Shown one piece after another: positions 27,110 to 37,805 of a DNA stretch of 64,000 bases; positions within the stretch are counted from its first letter, which is position 1, and every line of letters begins with the position of its first letter. The stretch is from a virus. Taxonomy: Duplodnaviria > Caudoviricetes. The notes beneath the pieces were generated by a model. It worked only from the letters and a program-made list of their open reading frames with translations. It did no database searches and had not been told where the DNA came from. Where the stretch lies: the IMG/VR virus record IMGVR_UViG_3300024259_001623. The stretch is one strand, 5' to 3'. A program made the translations under genes and the position numbers.

Positions 27110-27916
27110 TTTAAATCCTTCCGCATACCTCGCAATATCAGCATTAATTCCACTCCTATCAATACTAAACAATCTATGAACTTCGCGTAAAGCCGCTTTA
27201 TATCTGTAATGCGCTCCACTCTCTGTCAGTCCAAGTTCCTTGGCTATTTGAATTTTTCCCTCTCCAAAAACAGCCGATTTAATAAGAATATCCCTATGTT
27301 CATTACTAAGCTTACTAATCAACGAATATACCAAATCTTTATCTTCAAGAGCCTGATCTGGACTTCTGTGAGGATCAAGTATCGGTGTATCAAAGTCCGG
27401 CGTTATCGTTATAGATTGTTTTGTAAACCATTTAACAGCACTATCTATGCAAGATATATTTTTATCTGACAAATTAGCCTCTTCTTTAATACGTTTTGGA
27501 GACTCATCTTGCTTACCATGCAAGTCAAATTGGGCCTTTCTATATGCAGCCATGTTACGACGAACAGAACGAGGAATACCACTCCATTCAGATTGACAAT
27601 CAACTATCATACCACGAACCCTTCTATACGCATAAAGAACAAAAGAATCAATCCCTTTGTCTTGCTGCTCCGGGTCAAACTTTCGTAACGCTTTCACTAA
27701 ACCTATAGAAGCTTCCGCTATCAAATCATCAAGGTCTACCTGTATATTAAAATACTTTTTAGTAGTAGAAGATAATTTAATAATCCAAGCCCAATAATTT
27801 TTTACCAAAATATTTTCATCATGGCTATTATGATCGGCTTTATATCTCAGCCATACTTTTTCTAACTTATTTTTATCTAAGCTTTTAGCTATGTTTAATC
27901 TTTTTTCTTTCTGCAT
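27095..27916 (-). CDS. sigma70-family RNA polymerase sigma factor (FliA/WhiG-like group)
   Basis: region 2 DLDDLIAEASIGL.KAL.KFDP...YA..RVRG.I.D; region 4 IAKELGLTESG HTH. Confidence 0.85.
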   Translation of the reverse strand: MQKEKRLNIAKSLDKNKLEKVWLRYKADHNSHDENILVKNYWAWIIKLSSTTKKYFNIQVDLDDLIAEASIGLVKALRKFDPEQQDKGIDSFVLYAYRRVRGMIVDCQSEWSGIPRSVRRNMAAYRKAQFDLHGKQDESPKRIKEEANLSDKNISCIDSAVKWFTKQSITITPDFDTPILDPHRSPDQALEDKDLVYSLISKLSNEHRDILIKSAVFGEGKIQIAKELGLTESGAHYRYKAALREVHRLFSIDRSGINADIARYAEGFKAEVA

Positions 27917-27944
27917 CGTTTTTCCAATCCATTATATATCCACA

Positions 27945-28026
27945 AGGACCGTTAGTAGGAATTGAACCTACGAATATTCCCAGGCTTAACGCCATAGGAA
28001 TGCGTGTACCTCTCGCCTCAACGATC
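27945..28026 (-). ncRNA. tRNA-like RNA with extended two-part anticodon stem
   Basis: GATCGTT/AACGGTC acceptor, ATTCC/GGAAT plus GGC-GTTAA-GCC, GTAGG-TTCAATT-CCTAC. Confidence 0.55.
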
Positions 28027-28040
28027 ATTTACAACAATAA

Positions 28041-28203
28041 GGGCCAGCGACCGGATTCGAACCGGCAAGCCTAGTATATTTTTCCAAAAACGATTACTTT
28101 TTCGAAGCATCCTTCGCAAATTCTGTATAACTTTTTATACAGTAATAATGCTTTCGGCCACGGGACCGTCTTCCCGCTGCGTTTCCAATGCGCCACACTG
28201 ACC
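28041..28203 (-). ncRNA. tRNA-like RNA with very large variable-region insertion
   Basis: 8-bp acceptor GGTCAGTG/CGCTGGCC, GCG/CGC D stem, GCGGG-8nt-CCCGT, GCCGG-TTCGAAT-CCGGT. Confidence 0.65.
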
Positions 28204-28214
28204 ATATTAAACTA

Positions 28215-28487
28215 TTATACATCTCCATTCTTATCAATAGCCTTATCTTCATAAGGAGCAACAATCCTACGAGAGAACTCTGCTTTGCAACAATCAAACG
28301 TTCCTATAATGTCTTGTAACGTATGATATCTTACTCCAAGTCTCTCAGCAAGCTTCTTAGCTAATCTATACATAATATAATTATGATGACCTTTAATCGC
28401 CTCATCGGTTTCACAAGCGAGTATATCTACTAATTCATCTATGTACTCATCGTATTGTTCTCTCAATTCTTTTTTAATGTATGGCAT
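28215..28487 (-). CDS. DUF6899-like phage protein
   Basis: MPYI, NY, DIIG.FDCCK.EF.RR.VAPYED..I..NGDV. Confidence 0.7.
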   Translation of the reverse strand: MPYIKKELREQYDEYIDELVDILACETDEAIKGHHNYIMYRLAKKLAERLGVRYHTLQDIIGTFDCCKAEFSRRIVAPYEDKAIDKNGDV

Positions 28488-28490
28488 ATC

Positions 28491-28796
28491 TTACTCCAAT
28501 GGGAATTCATCTTCCCAGTATTTTCTATCTTCTTTATCCCAAGGGATATGAAACCAACAAATTTCAAAACAATGAGGACAGCGAAACACTCCCGCCAAAT
28601 AAGTTCCTTTAAAAGAACATTTCCAGGGGGCTTCACAAGAACCAACAAAATCTTGTTCTTCTATATCTGAACAAAAATCACAAATATCTTCGTCACAATT
28701 AGGGCAAACTGAACCTTTTTCTACAGAATAATTGTGTTCGCCTAACAACGCTGAATTAACTCTTAAATGAGCATTTTTATACATGTCTGTTGGCAT
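28491..28796 (-). CDS. Cys-rich zinc-binding protein
   Basis: CPNC, CDFC, CPHC. Confidence 0.55.
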   Translation of the reverse strand: MPTDMYKNAHLRVNSALLGEHNYSVEKGSVCPNCDEDICDFCSDIEEQDFVGSCEAPWKCSFKGTYLAGVFRCPHCFEICWFHIPWDKEDRKYWEDEFPLE

Positions 28797-29045
28797 TTTC
28801 TTCTTCTAATTTTACAATTATTCAGTCATACGACAATGCATAACGAAATCACCATCTAACGTCTTTTCTAAATAGCCACCTTCTCGCCTAACATCGGTTA
28901 ATGGGGCAGGTTCTCCATTCCCATTAATTTCAAACCAAAAATCTGCGTCTTGTTCGCCTTGCCCCTCATACCACTCCGCAAAAACTTTTGCTTGATTTTC
29001 GGTAATACCATCAATAATTAGCTTTGCCACTTCATTCTCCTTTAA

Positions 29046-29120
29046 TACGTCATATCAGATTCGAACTGATACCTCAACCTTGGAAGGGTCGTGTGCTAAA
29101 ACCATTAACACCAATGACGC
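29046..29120 (-). tRNA. tRNA-Gly(UCC)
   Basis: CGACC-CT TCC AA-GGTTG; cloverleaf. Confidence 0.85.
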
Positions 29121-29271
29121 TTATGCAAATTATGTTTTTGAACTACCAGTCAGGGACATAATTTATAATCGTATAAAATAAAAATTCCACAATCATATTT
29201 TTTTTTAAAAAAAGGTTTATTTTGTTTTATGTCGAACTATAAATTATACCATAACATAGAGGAATACGGTC

Positions 29272-30039
29272 ATGCGAAAAAGAACTAGTAAAATATGGCA
29301 AATTTCCAAAACTGATCTTCAACTATTAGTTAATAAATCAAACAGTATCGTAGAAATATTAAAAACATTAGGTCTAAAACCTTATAGTGGCAATCATAGA
29401 ACATTACATAAAAGAATTCAAGAAGATAAAATATGTTTAAATCAGCTAGAAACAAATAGACATAATTGGAGAATTCATTTTATGCAATCTATGGGGTCAA
29501 AATACTCCATCAATAACAAAGATATATTTTGTAAAAATAGTAAATATTCTAACAACAGTCAAATAAAGAAAAAAATCATTAATGAATACGGGATTTTAGA
29601 ACAATGTTCTATCTGTCAAACAGGTAATATTTGGAATAATGAACCATTATCTTTACAATTAGATCATATTAATGGCATTAATAATGATCATAGATTGGAA
29701 AATTTAAGATTATTATGCCCTAACTGTCATAGCCAAACTGAAACTTTTTCTGGTAAAAGAAAAAAAACACAACAAAAACAATGTAAAAAATGTTCTCAGC
29801 CGATATCTGATAAAAAATTCGCCAAATTCTGTGAATCTTGCAGAACAAAAGAAAAACAAAAAAATTATATAAAACGATCTAAATTTAATCCTAATAAAGA
29901 AGAACTCACAAATGTACTGAAATCTAATAATTGGAATTACAGTGCTACTGGTAGACATTATAATGTCTCTGATAATTCAATTAGGAAAAAATGTAAAAAA
30001 CTAAACATAACAAAAGAAGGCAGGAACTCTGCCAATTGA
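29272..30039 (+). mobile_element. free-standing HNH endonuclease
   Basis: CxxC..W...L.LQLDHING..NDHRLENLRLLCPNCHSQT; C-terminal HTH; opposite strand to neighbours. Confidence 0.9.
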
Positions 30040-30050
30040 GTTACACCCGC
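30014..30050 (-). pseudogene. 5' half of a tRNA (Gly-like) broken at the anticodon
   Basis: GCGGGTG-TA-ACTC-AATTGGCA-GAGT-T-CCTGC-CTTC then unrelated sequence; antisense to the HNH C-terminus. Confidence 0.7.
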
Positions 30051-30763
30051 TTATTATTTAAGTAAAATGACTAAAAGCCCATACTTTTACATCAGCTTCC
30101 TCAATACCAAATTCACTGAAAATTAATGCTTGTAACACAGCAAATTCTTGTTCTGGAACATCAGTACAATTCGTTATTTCCAATCCATATCTGCTTTTGT
30201 CTATAACTTCACCAATGAACATATACTTTCCATTCATGCCATCAGAAATAACTGTCAAACCATTTTTGGATTCAATCGCATCCTTATACGAATTGTCCAG
30301 ATAATCTTCAACATCTTCAAATTCAAACTGGTCAAATGGCAATTTGACAGCCAACATAATCTATTCTATCAACACCCATGTTCTTTATCCTAATAAATGA
30401 TAAACCGGAAGGATACCAACATTGTCTCCATCCATGTCTACCTTTGTACCTTCTTTATCGTAAATATATTGAGGAATATCATTTATACAATTATAATCCT
30501 CATCTAAAAGAATATCATTATAACGAATACGATAAGTCAATTCAATAACATGCCTTCTTACCAATAAGCCTAAAACCCAAACTAAACGAATAACAGAAAA
30601 TTCTGTCTTTCGGTCAATAACATCAGTAGGGACAATTACTGTTTCATCAGGATAACTATTTCTCCATGACTGAAGAAGCCGCAATTCTTGCTCATATTCT
30701 GGAAAATCATTTTTATATTGTAAGAAGTTCATCTTCATACTTTATACAAAATCACATTCACTC

Positions 30764-31240
30764 TCAGGGACAAAAACTGATATCATTTTCTTTTAAATAC
30801 TTTTTGATATTCTCTATATCGTCGGACTGTTCAGCGAGTTGATGTTTAAACATGGCTAAAAAACATTTAGGCATATTCTCTACAATCTCGCCTTTAATTG
30901 TCATAACCCTTATGAACTCAGTAGGTTCTATTAGCCACATTTCACCAGTTATATCTTGATCATTTACTCCATGAGGCTCTGTTCCAATAACCTTATACTT
31001 TGTTCTATAAACATAAACATTAATGTATTTAGGAGCTTCAGTTATTTTCCAAGAACCAGTTATAGCCCATCTAGGAACTGCTCCAAAACATCCCCAAAGT
31101 TCAGGGGCAACACATATTCTAGGAACATCAGGTTCATCAGCGCTTCTGTTAGAGTCAGAAATCTCGTCTTGACCTTTTGGCGTTAGAAGCTTTTCTTTGC
31201 CCCATCGCTTCTTCGTAATATGATAATAATACTTCTTCAT
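30764..31240 (-). CDS. putative ADP-ribosyltransferase-fold protein
   Basis: YYHIT, RICVA, late GEMW: the H...[ST]...E ordering of ART-like phage proteins. Confidence 0.45.
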   Translation of the reverse strand: MKKYYYHITKKRWGKEKLLTPKGQDEISDSNRSADEPDVPRICVAPELWGCFGAVPRWAITGSWKITEAPKYINVYVYRTKYKVIGTEPHGVNDQDITGEMWLIEPTEFIRVMTIKGEIVENMPKCFLAMFKHQLAEQSDDIENIKKYLKENDISFCP

Positions 31241-31262
31241 TGTTTTAATCTTTCATCGTTAA

Positions 31263-31334
31263 TGGAGCTAGAGGGACTCGAACCCTCAAAAACACCGTGC
31301 AAAGGTGCTGGTTTCCCAATTAGCCTATAGCCCC
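31263..31334 (-). tRNA. tRNA-Ala(UGC)
   Basis: G3.U70; GCACC-TT TGC AC-GGTGT. Confidence 0.9.
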
Positions 31335-31929
31335 GAATTATATTATACTAAGAACAAACGCAATTACTGAAATAAAACAAAACACAATTTGCCATTTTTT
31401 CGATACTTTTGGCATCCACGGCATTTTCTTACGTAACCAATCTTCTGTTTGTTGAGCATAATCTACTTTCGTGTTCATATTATTTATTTTTTAAAGCCTT
31501 ATATATGGATACATTATTGGGATCAGCTTTATCCCAATCAATTTTATCATGATTTAATGCTCTTTTGGTTCCTCTGCATGATGGGCATATTACATACACC
31601 CCTCTGTCATCCCAACCATAATCCTTATTCTTAACTTGTCCGAAACTATCACAACGATTGCATTTTTCAAAAGTTAGAGTTTCGATATATTCGCATTGCT
31701 TACAAAACTTAACCCATGCAGCATCTAATGAAATATCGCTATTGTGAGCTATAATATAAGATAAAACATAAAACGATGTTTGACAAAAATCATCTTCAAC
31801 AATATTCTCTGGTATATTTAACTTATTATCAGATAAAACTTTAATAAACAGACCAGTTAACTCTCTGCCAGAGTAAGTTCTTCTCAACCATACCATATAT
31901 GCATCTAGATTATTAATATCCATTATTAT

Positions 31930-32280
31930 TTATTTCCATTTATGATCATCATCGTAATGCATATTAAATATATTTTCAAAAACATCTTTTTTGAGAGGAT
32001 AAAAAATTCCTCTTATGCCTAAAATAAAATCGCCTGGACAAACAACGAATTCTTTACCATCATTATCATAATCATCAATCCAACCATGATTATGCATTAT
32101 ATGACCACAATGAGGACACTTCATTTGTCCATCGATACCAGGATGTCTATAATAACGAACGACTTTACCTTCTCCCTCAAATGGTTGACCATCAGAATCC
32201 TCAAACATCTCAGTATTATCTTCTGGATGATCTCCATTTTCAAACCATTGCGCAAGCGTAAAATTTTTAATTTCAATCAT
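31930..32280 (-). CDS. conserved-type phage protein
   Basis: A.QWF.NGDHP.D, GWID, VCPGDFI, FYP.K..VF. Confidence 0.7.
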   Translation of the reverse strand: MIEIKNFTLAQWFENGDHPEDNTEMFEDSDGQPFEGEGKVVRYYRHPGIDGQMKCPHCGHIMHNHGWIDDYDNDGKEFVVCPGDFILGIRGIFYPLKKDVFENIFNMHYDDDHKWK

Positions 32281-32499
32281 ATTATTTTCCTTATAATCTT
32301 CTTATTATATCTCAGAATGGTACATGTTCTTTATAGGCTTCACATCCATCACATATAGGATATAAATCTGTTCTATTACATGACTCTGCTACTCTATCAC
32401 TTTTATGTTGAAAAGTTAAATAAATTCCACAACTAGGACATGGTTTGAGTACCATATAATGCTTTTTTCTGCACCACTTACAATATAACTTTACAGATT

Positions 32500-32937
32500 T
32501 CATTGATAATCCTCATCTTGAATAATACCGTATTTATGGAAATACCTTAATGGTCGCCATTTATGGTCATTCACATAGAAACCCCATTTATGTCGAGGTC
32601 TGCCGAACAATAACAATGTCCAAGCACCTTCTTTAGGAATATCCAAATAATGTTTTTGTTCTGCTTTAGCTTTCCAAATGCTAATTGCTTTGACTTCTTT
32701 AGCTCCATCAGGCGTTACATTCTTGTATTTACCCTTCAAAACAATAGAAATCAAATCACAAGAATGGTCATGAAAAAATCTTCTATCATCCGATTTAATC
32801 CAATGATGCAATCTGATAGAGAAACCAAAGATAATCAGAGTCCATCTATATAGATAAGGGCAATCTTTTTTACCTAATGGTTCCTTCCATCTAAATTGAA
32901 GCCATTTATTAAATTTCTTATAAGGTTTCATAATCAA
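32500..32937 (-). CDS. cupin-fold phage protein
   Basis: YLYRW, LHH..SD, HDH, LKG.Y, WTL...G.P...WGF. Confidence 0.7.
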   Translation of the reverse strand: MIMKPYKKFNKWLQFRWKEPLGKKDCPYLYRWTLIIFGFSIRLHHWIKSDDRRFFHDHSCDLISIVLKGKYKNVTPDGAKEVKAISIWKAKAEQKHYLDIPKEGAWTLLLFGRPRHKWGFYVNDHKWRPLRYFHKYGIIQDEDYQ

Positions 32938-33059
32938 CGAAGTGGGAGTCGAACCACGCCTATAGATTCATATATATTTTCCCGGGAAATTATATATTCC
33001 AAAATAAACTCACACACTACGGCTTAGTTGCCGCTGCTCTACCGTTAAGCTATCCGCTG
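32934..33059 (-). ncRNA. tRNA-like RNA, 6-nt anticodon loop and large variable insertion
   Basis: CAGCGGA/TTCGTTG, GCTT/GAGC, GCGGC-AACTAA-GCCGT, GTGG-TTCGACT-CCAC. Confidence 0.65.
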
Positions 33060-33079
33060 TTTTCATATAATCTATCCAA

Positions 33080-33295
33080 CTACTGCGACTCGTCCGGGTC
33101 GCCAGAAACAAGTACAGAGAACGAGTCCCTTCCGCACTTCGGGCATTTGGCCCACCACCACCCATCATCATCCGTAGATATGTCTTCTGCTGGGTTGGAT
33201 TCCTGCGGGAAGTAATTCCAATTGCCGTGTTCCTCGCACCGGAATATGGCTAATTTCGCATCTTCTATGCCCACCGCATTCTCTCCTTTTTCCAA
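33080..33295 (-). CDS. GC-rich small zinc-ribbon protein
   Basis: CEEH/CPKC; visibly higher GC than flanks. Confidence 0.5.
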   Translation of the reverse strand: MEKGENAVGIEDAKLAIFRCEEHGNWNYFPQESNPAEDISTDDDGWWWAKCPKCGRDSFSVLVSGDPDESQ

Positions 33296-33329
33296 AGTGG
33301 AAACTTCTGTTTTCTATAAGTTTTCATAA

Positions 33330-33457
33330 TCAGTGGGGAGGGACTCGCACCTTTCTAGCCAACTACTAATACACTTTCCGGAAGCCATATTAGCGTTCTA
33401 CTAACTCTCGACCTTCCCCGTGTTACGGGGGACGCTCTGCTACTGAGCTACCCACTG
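33330..33457 (-). ncRNA. tRNA-like RNA (Val-like) with abnormal loop and insertion before the T arm
   Basis: perfect CAGTGGG/CCCACTG acceptor, GCTC/GAGC, TCCCC-CGTAACAC-GGGGA. Confidence 0.65.
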
Positions 33458-33473
33458 GTTTACAATTTTATAA

Positions 33474-33627
33474 TCAACAGTGAGGGAATCGAACCTAAAC
33501 CTATTCTCATCAAAAAACGTTTCGAACCGCTTAATGACTACTAATAGATTCTCTACCTTCCACCATAATAGACGACTGCACCTTTCGCCATATTAGGTGG
33601 TTGCTCCGTCCAATGAGCTACCTGTCG
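33474..33627 (-). ncRNA. tRNA-like RNA with large insertion
   Basis: CGACAG/CTGTTG acceptor, GCTC/GAGC D stem, CACCT/AGGTG hairpin, AGG-TTCGATT-CCCT. Confidence 0.6.
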
Positions 33628-33640
33628 GTTTAAACTACTG

Positions 33641-34054
33641 TTACTGTTTGCTTCTTTTACTTATAATTAATCCTTTTAAACGATCACATACATGTTTTCT
33701 ACAATCATCACCAAAATCTTGGTCTAGATCATGGAAACCAGGTCTGGCGTTTTTTTTGCTCTTTTTAGCAGACTTTTTTCTTCTCGTTTCCCAACCTTTT
33801 TTAGAAGCTGCGCTACGTTTCTTACATTCAGCTTCCCATTTATCTTTGCATCTATTTACTGCTGACATCATATCATCTCCTAGAGTATCAGGCGTTAGCA
33901 ATGATATAGTAATCAATTCAACAGTACCATGTACTAATCCAGCAGCAAGAACATCTTTTGCTTCTTCGGTCATTGTATCAGTATCATATTCAACAATACT
34001 ATAGCCATCATAAGGACAATTTTCAGCTACCGTTATTTTCATCTTCTTCTCCAT
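33641..34054 (-). CDS. hypothetical protein with basic NUMOD-like segment
   Basis: RSAASKKGWETRRKK. Confidence 0.55.
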   Translation of the reverse strand: MEKKMKITVAENCPYDGYSIVEYDTDTMTEEAKDVLAAGLVHGTVELITISLLTPDTLGDDMMSAVNRCKDKWEAECKKRSAASKKGWETRRKKSAKKSKKNARPGFHDLDQDFGDDCRKHVCDRLKGLIISKRSKQ

Positions 34055-34385
34055 CTTCGACTATTTGAAAATAAGAATCAGATAATCTATCTGATAATTT
34101 ATTTATAGTCTCAATATCTTTTTTCGTATTTTTAGGTCTTGCAGGATCATCTCTAAGAACTTGTAAAGCCCAAAGAATACAATTAAACTCATTTACAGTG
34201 AATTTCATTTCATTAACTCTTTTACTTGAGTAGTACAACTAGGATCAAGAATAAATTTCTGTTTGAATTTACCTCGTTTTATTTTTCGCGTCCAAAGTAA
34301 TCTTCGCATAAAATTTAAAATTGGTCTTCCTTTGAAAGTTACAACCGGCCAACCCAATTTATCTAGATACTGCATATTCTTTTCC

Positions 34386-35270
34386 TTATTGTCTATCATA
34401 GTATTCTAGCCATTTTTTAATACATTTGTCAGAAACATTATATTTTCTACCAACAGCACAATAAGACATTGTTTCTAAGTCTTTTAAAAGCTGTTGCTTT
34501 GAAGGTCGTTCCACTTTTCTTTGATTTACTCTTGGAATATAATTTTTAGAAATATAATCAAAATATTCTTTTCGACTCCCATATTTTCTTTTCTTTTCTG
34601 GATAAAAAGTATATTTTGCTGCTCGATATCCTTTAGCATTTTTATTTTTTTTAAGATGTATAGTTTTTATTTCACATGGTTCTACATTTTGTTTCTTTCT
34701 GTTATCAATAAATTTAACAAGCTCTTTAAGAATTATTTTACTATTTTTCTTAAGTTCTTGCCAGCTTATACGAAAAACTTCCCATCCTTGAGATAACGCA
34801 TACTTATCTCTTTTTATATCTTTTTTAATAGTTTTATCATCTTTGAAGTGATGTTGACCATCTATTTCTATATCAATTTTTAATTCTAAAATAACAAAAT
34901 CGAATACGTATTGCTTGTTTTGAACTTTTTCTAAAATAGTAAAATTATCAAAATACTTAGTATTATTTATCAACGTTAAAAAATATTGCTCTGGATAAGT
35001 CCTATTTTCTTTATTTAAATTTACAGAAAGCCAACCTGGGTGCCGTCCTTCGGAATGAGCTTTTTTCATAGATTTAGAAATTTTTTGTGCATTAATTTGA
35101 GCGACCTCTTTACAACTTCTGCTACTTATAAGTTTATTTTTCTTAGCTTTTCTTATATAATGCATTCCTATTTGAAACTTTTCACAAATCTCTTTCCACG
35201 AGTGCCCTTCATTATAATATTTTTGTATTTTTTGCCAATTATAATTTTTGTTTTTCATTTCGAACTCCAA
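34386..35270 (-). mobile_element. DUF559/Vsr-like endonuclease (start probably MKNKNY)
   Basis: NUMOD-like ISKSMKKAH, FDFVI, DIEIDG.HH, RD.Y..QGW.VFRISW, HTH tail. Confidence 0.8.
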
Positions 35271-35321
35271 TCTTTTTTATTACATTCTATTGAAGTTCGA
35301 GAAAACCTTCTTAAAAATAAC

Positions 35322-35398
35322 TATTCCTGGCTGGACTCGAACCAGCATAATCATCCTGCTTCGTAGGCAGGGGCCTTATCCAATTAGACTACAGGAAC
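35322..35398 (-). tRNA. tRNA-Arg(ACG)
   Basis: CCTGC-CT ACG AA-GCAGG; slightly long variable loop. Confidence 0.85.
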
Positions 35399-35945
35399 AT
35401 ATAGCCGGGTGTTTTAATCCAATTATACTATAGGGACTTATGGAACATAAAAGACAGGACGACCATCAACATCATCAAACTCCATTACCGCATCTTTCAT
35501 TTCAAAAGGTCTTTCAACAGTCTCACAAATAGGCTTTGAAATCTTCTCGCCTTCCCGACTAACAACTTCAAAAATCTCATCAGTCTCAACAACATCATAA
35601 CCATACGTAGGCAATTCCAAACAATGCTTAATAGAATTCAATATCTTTACTGCCACTTCCTCAGTAACTTCAGGATTGAATACTAGAACCGCTGATAACC
35701 TTTTCATCGTTGATTTCCTTTTGAACAGCATCAAATTTACAAGTATGACAAACCAATTTGCCATTATGAACTTTCATGTAGCTACGATGTTCCCATTTTC
35801 CGCACTCAGGACAGGGAAGTTGACCACAGTGAATCTTCAAAGCATTGTCCATGCCTCTCTTAATAGGTTTTATACTCAGACAAACTATAAATAAACCTAA
35901 TGCTATTAAAAAACCAGTCATTATATAATCCTTTATATTATGTAA

Positions 35946-36018
35946 TAGGAGCAGCAGGACTTGAACCTGCGGCCGGTCGCTTATCGGGCGACTGCTCTGC
36001 CATCTGAGCTTTGCTCCC
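35946..36018 (-). tRNA. tRNA-Ile(GAU)
   Basis: GTCGC-CC GAT AA-GCGAC (C at position 33). Confidence 0.8.
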
Positions 36019-36455
36019 TTATGCTATAACAAATACTTATCATCGACATCTTCAACTTTCCAAGAAAATTGCCAATTGGCACCTGAAACAGAACATTGTT
36101 TTGATTCATGATTAGTTAATACACTCTCTTTGAGCCTATCTTCATATTCATTAAAAAGTTTTCTTAAACAATCGTATCTATTTTTTCCATAAACTTCGAC
36201 AATTAACTTTTTTGCCATTTTTTCTTCCTTATTTAATCGCTAAACATATTTAATTGGAAAGTATGTTCTTTACCACATGCAGGACAAATAAAACACGCCT
36301 CTGTAAAAATGCAAGAGTCCTCGTCTAAATACATTTCTATATTGTCAGAACTTAATGAACAATTAACCCAACGAATTTTGTTAGAACACCGAAAAGCGAT
36401 AATCAACGATGTACTTTGAGATTTAATCTCTCTTATCATTTTTTACTTCCTTTAA

Positions 36456-36527
36456 TGGGCCGACCCGGGATCGAACCGGGGACCCCGCCTTTTCAAGGCG
36501 GTGCTTTACCTCTTAAGCTCTCAACCC
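36456..36527 (-). tRNA. tRNA-Phe(GAA)
   Basis: CCGCC-TT GAA AA-GGCGG. Confidence 0.85.
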
Positions 36528-36590
36528 AGTTTTTAATGAAAAAAGCTCTACTAATGGCCCTTCACATACATATTACTTCAAAAACATTAA

Positions 36591-36663
36591 TGGGATGAGA
36601 TGGAATCGAACCAACTTCTGGCGATCTTCAGTCGCCCGCTTGGACCACGTAAGCTATCATCCC
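36591..36663 (-). tRNA. tRNA-Phe(GAA)
   Basis: GGCGA-CT GAA GA-TCGCC. Confidence 0.88.
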
Positions 36664-36671
36664 TTCTATAT

Positions 36672-36713
36672 TTAAGACCCAAAAGCTCTACCTAATAACT
36701 GAGCTAACGGCCC
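36672..36713 (-). pseudogene. 5' half tRNA remnant
   Basis: GGGCCGT-TA-GCTC..GGTAGAGC with no matching 3' half. Confidence 0.55.
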
Positions 36714-36944
36714 GTATATATTGTTAAAATATCTGTCTCTTGCGATACATCATCAATCAAAACCCAATCAGCCAATTCAACTTTTTCGCTACCACAAAAT
36801 ACCCAATCTACTATTTCACCATCAAAACAAGTCATATGATCTTCGTATATTAGAAAATAAACAAATTTTGTAGTAACTTGAAAAACGACTCTCATAATAT
36901 TATCATGCACATAAGCATGACCTATTAATGCTTGACTCATTTTA

Positions 36945-37268
36945 TTATTCCTCTCGGTTAAAAAATCTAATCAATTTATAAGTCTTAATTTCTTTTACTT
37001 CTACAATAATCATTTCATCCAAGTAACTTTGAAGACCATTCCCTCGATAATCTTTCTCACTCTCTTTTATAAAAGAAATTAAATGAGATAATGCTTTCTT
37101 AGCTTCCTTTGAAGTATTGAAAAACTTAGCTTCATCAGGTGTCAATGCGAACCTTTCTCCATAGCACAAATATCTATGCTTCCAACAGGGAACGAGTTCT
37201 TCTTCACTATAACCAAGAAATAAAGATTCTCTTTGAGAATTATAAATTACATATTTATAAGCATCCAT
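36945..37268 (-). CDS. 'F.T..EA..AL' paralog 1
   Basis: AKFFNTSKEAKKAL; shared with 37268-37576 and 37806-38207. Confidence 0.6.
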   Translation of the reverse strand: MDAYKYVIYNSQRESLFLGYSEEELVPCWKHRYLCYGERFALTPDEAKFFNTSKEAKKALSHLISFIKESEKDYRGNGLQSYLDEMIIVEVKEIKTYKLIRFFNREE

Positions 37269-37576
37269 TACTCTTTCTCTTTCTTAATAGCAAAACAACT
37301 AACGCAATTTACTGGCATAACGCTCAGATTATAATATACTTTTACATCGCCACTGTCCTTGGTATATGCCTTAAAAATCTTCGACAGGGCTGTTTCTGCT
37401 TCTTCTTTTGTACCAAAGATTTTTGCGCTGGAAATTAAAACTTGTTCGTCATCTTCTGTTTCTCTAAGATAACTTCCGAACCATTGTCCCATTGGATCAT
37501 CTTCTGACCATTCAGAAAGAAAACTATCTTCTTCTTCATCTACAATTACAAATCCATCATAACTTACTTCTTGCAT
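37268..37576 (-). CDS. 'F.T..EA..AL' paralog 2
   Basis: AKIFGTKEEAETAL. Confidence 0.6.
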   Translation of the reverse strand: MQEVSYDGFVIVDEEEDSFLSEWSEDDPMGQWFGSYLRETEDDEQVLISSAKIFGTKEEAETALSKIFKAYTKDSGDVKVYYNLSVMPVNCVSCFAIKKEKE

Positions 37577-37805
37577 ATTATTATCCTTTTATCTTCTTTC
37601 GCCGCATTTATCACAGAAATCGCATAATTTTAGTTCGCCGCTATCAGATGACCTTAACTCTTTCCAATTATGATCACATTGATCACCAGTATGATCATAT
37701 TGACCACCAAGAATAGTTGTATTCTTTTCCATTTCCATAACTATTCTATGAGATTCTTGAATAGACTCTTTCGTAATATATTTTTTTTGTTGTGACATAT
37801 TAATA

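Noticed and set aside
27945-33059. Stop-codon suppressor tRNAs (TTA in 27945-28026, CTA in 32934-33059) and genome recoding
   Set aside because: The loops are 5-6 nt and lack U33; genes end normally at TAA, TAG and TGA, and coding density is high under the standard code.
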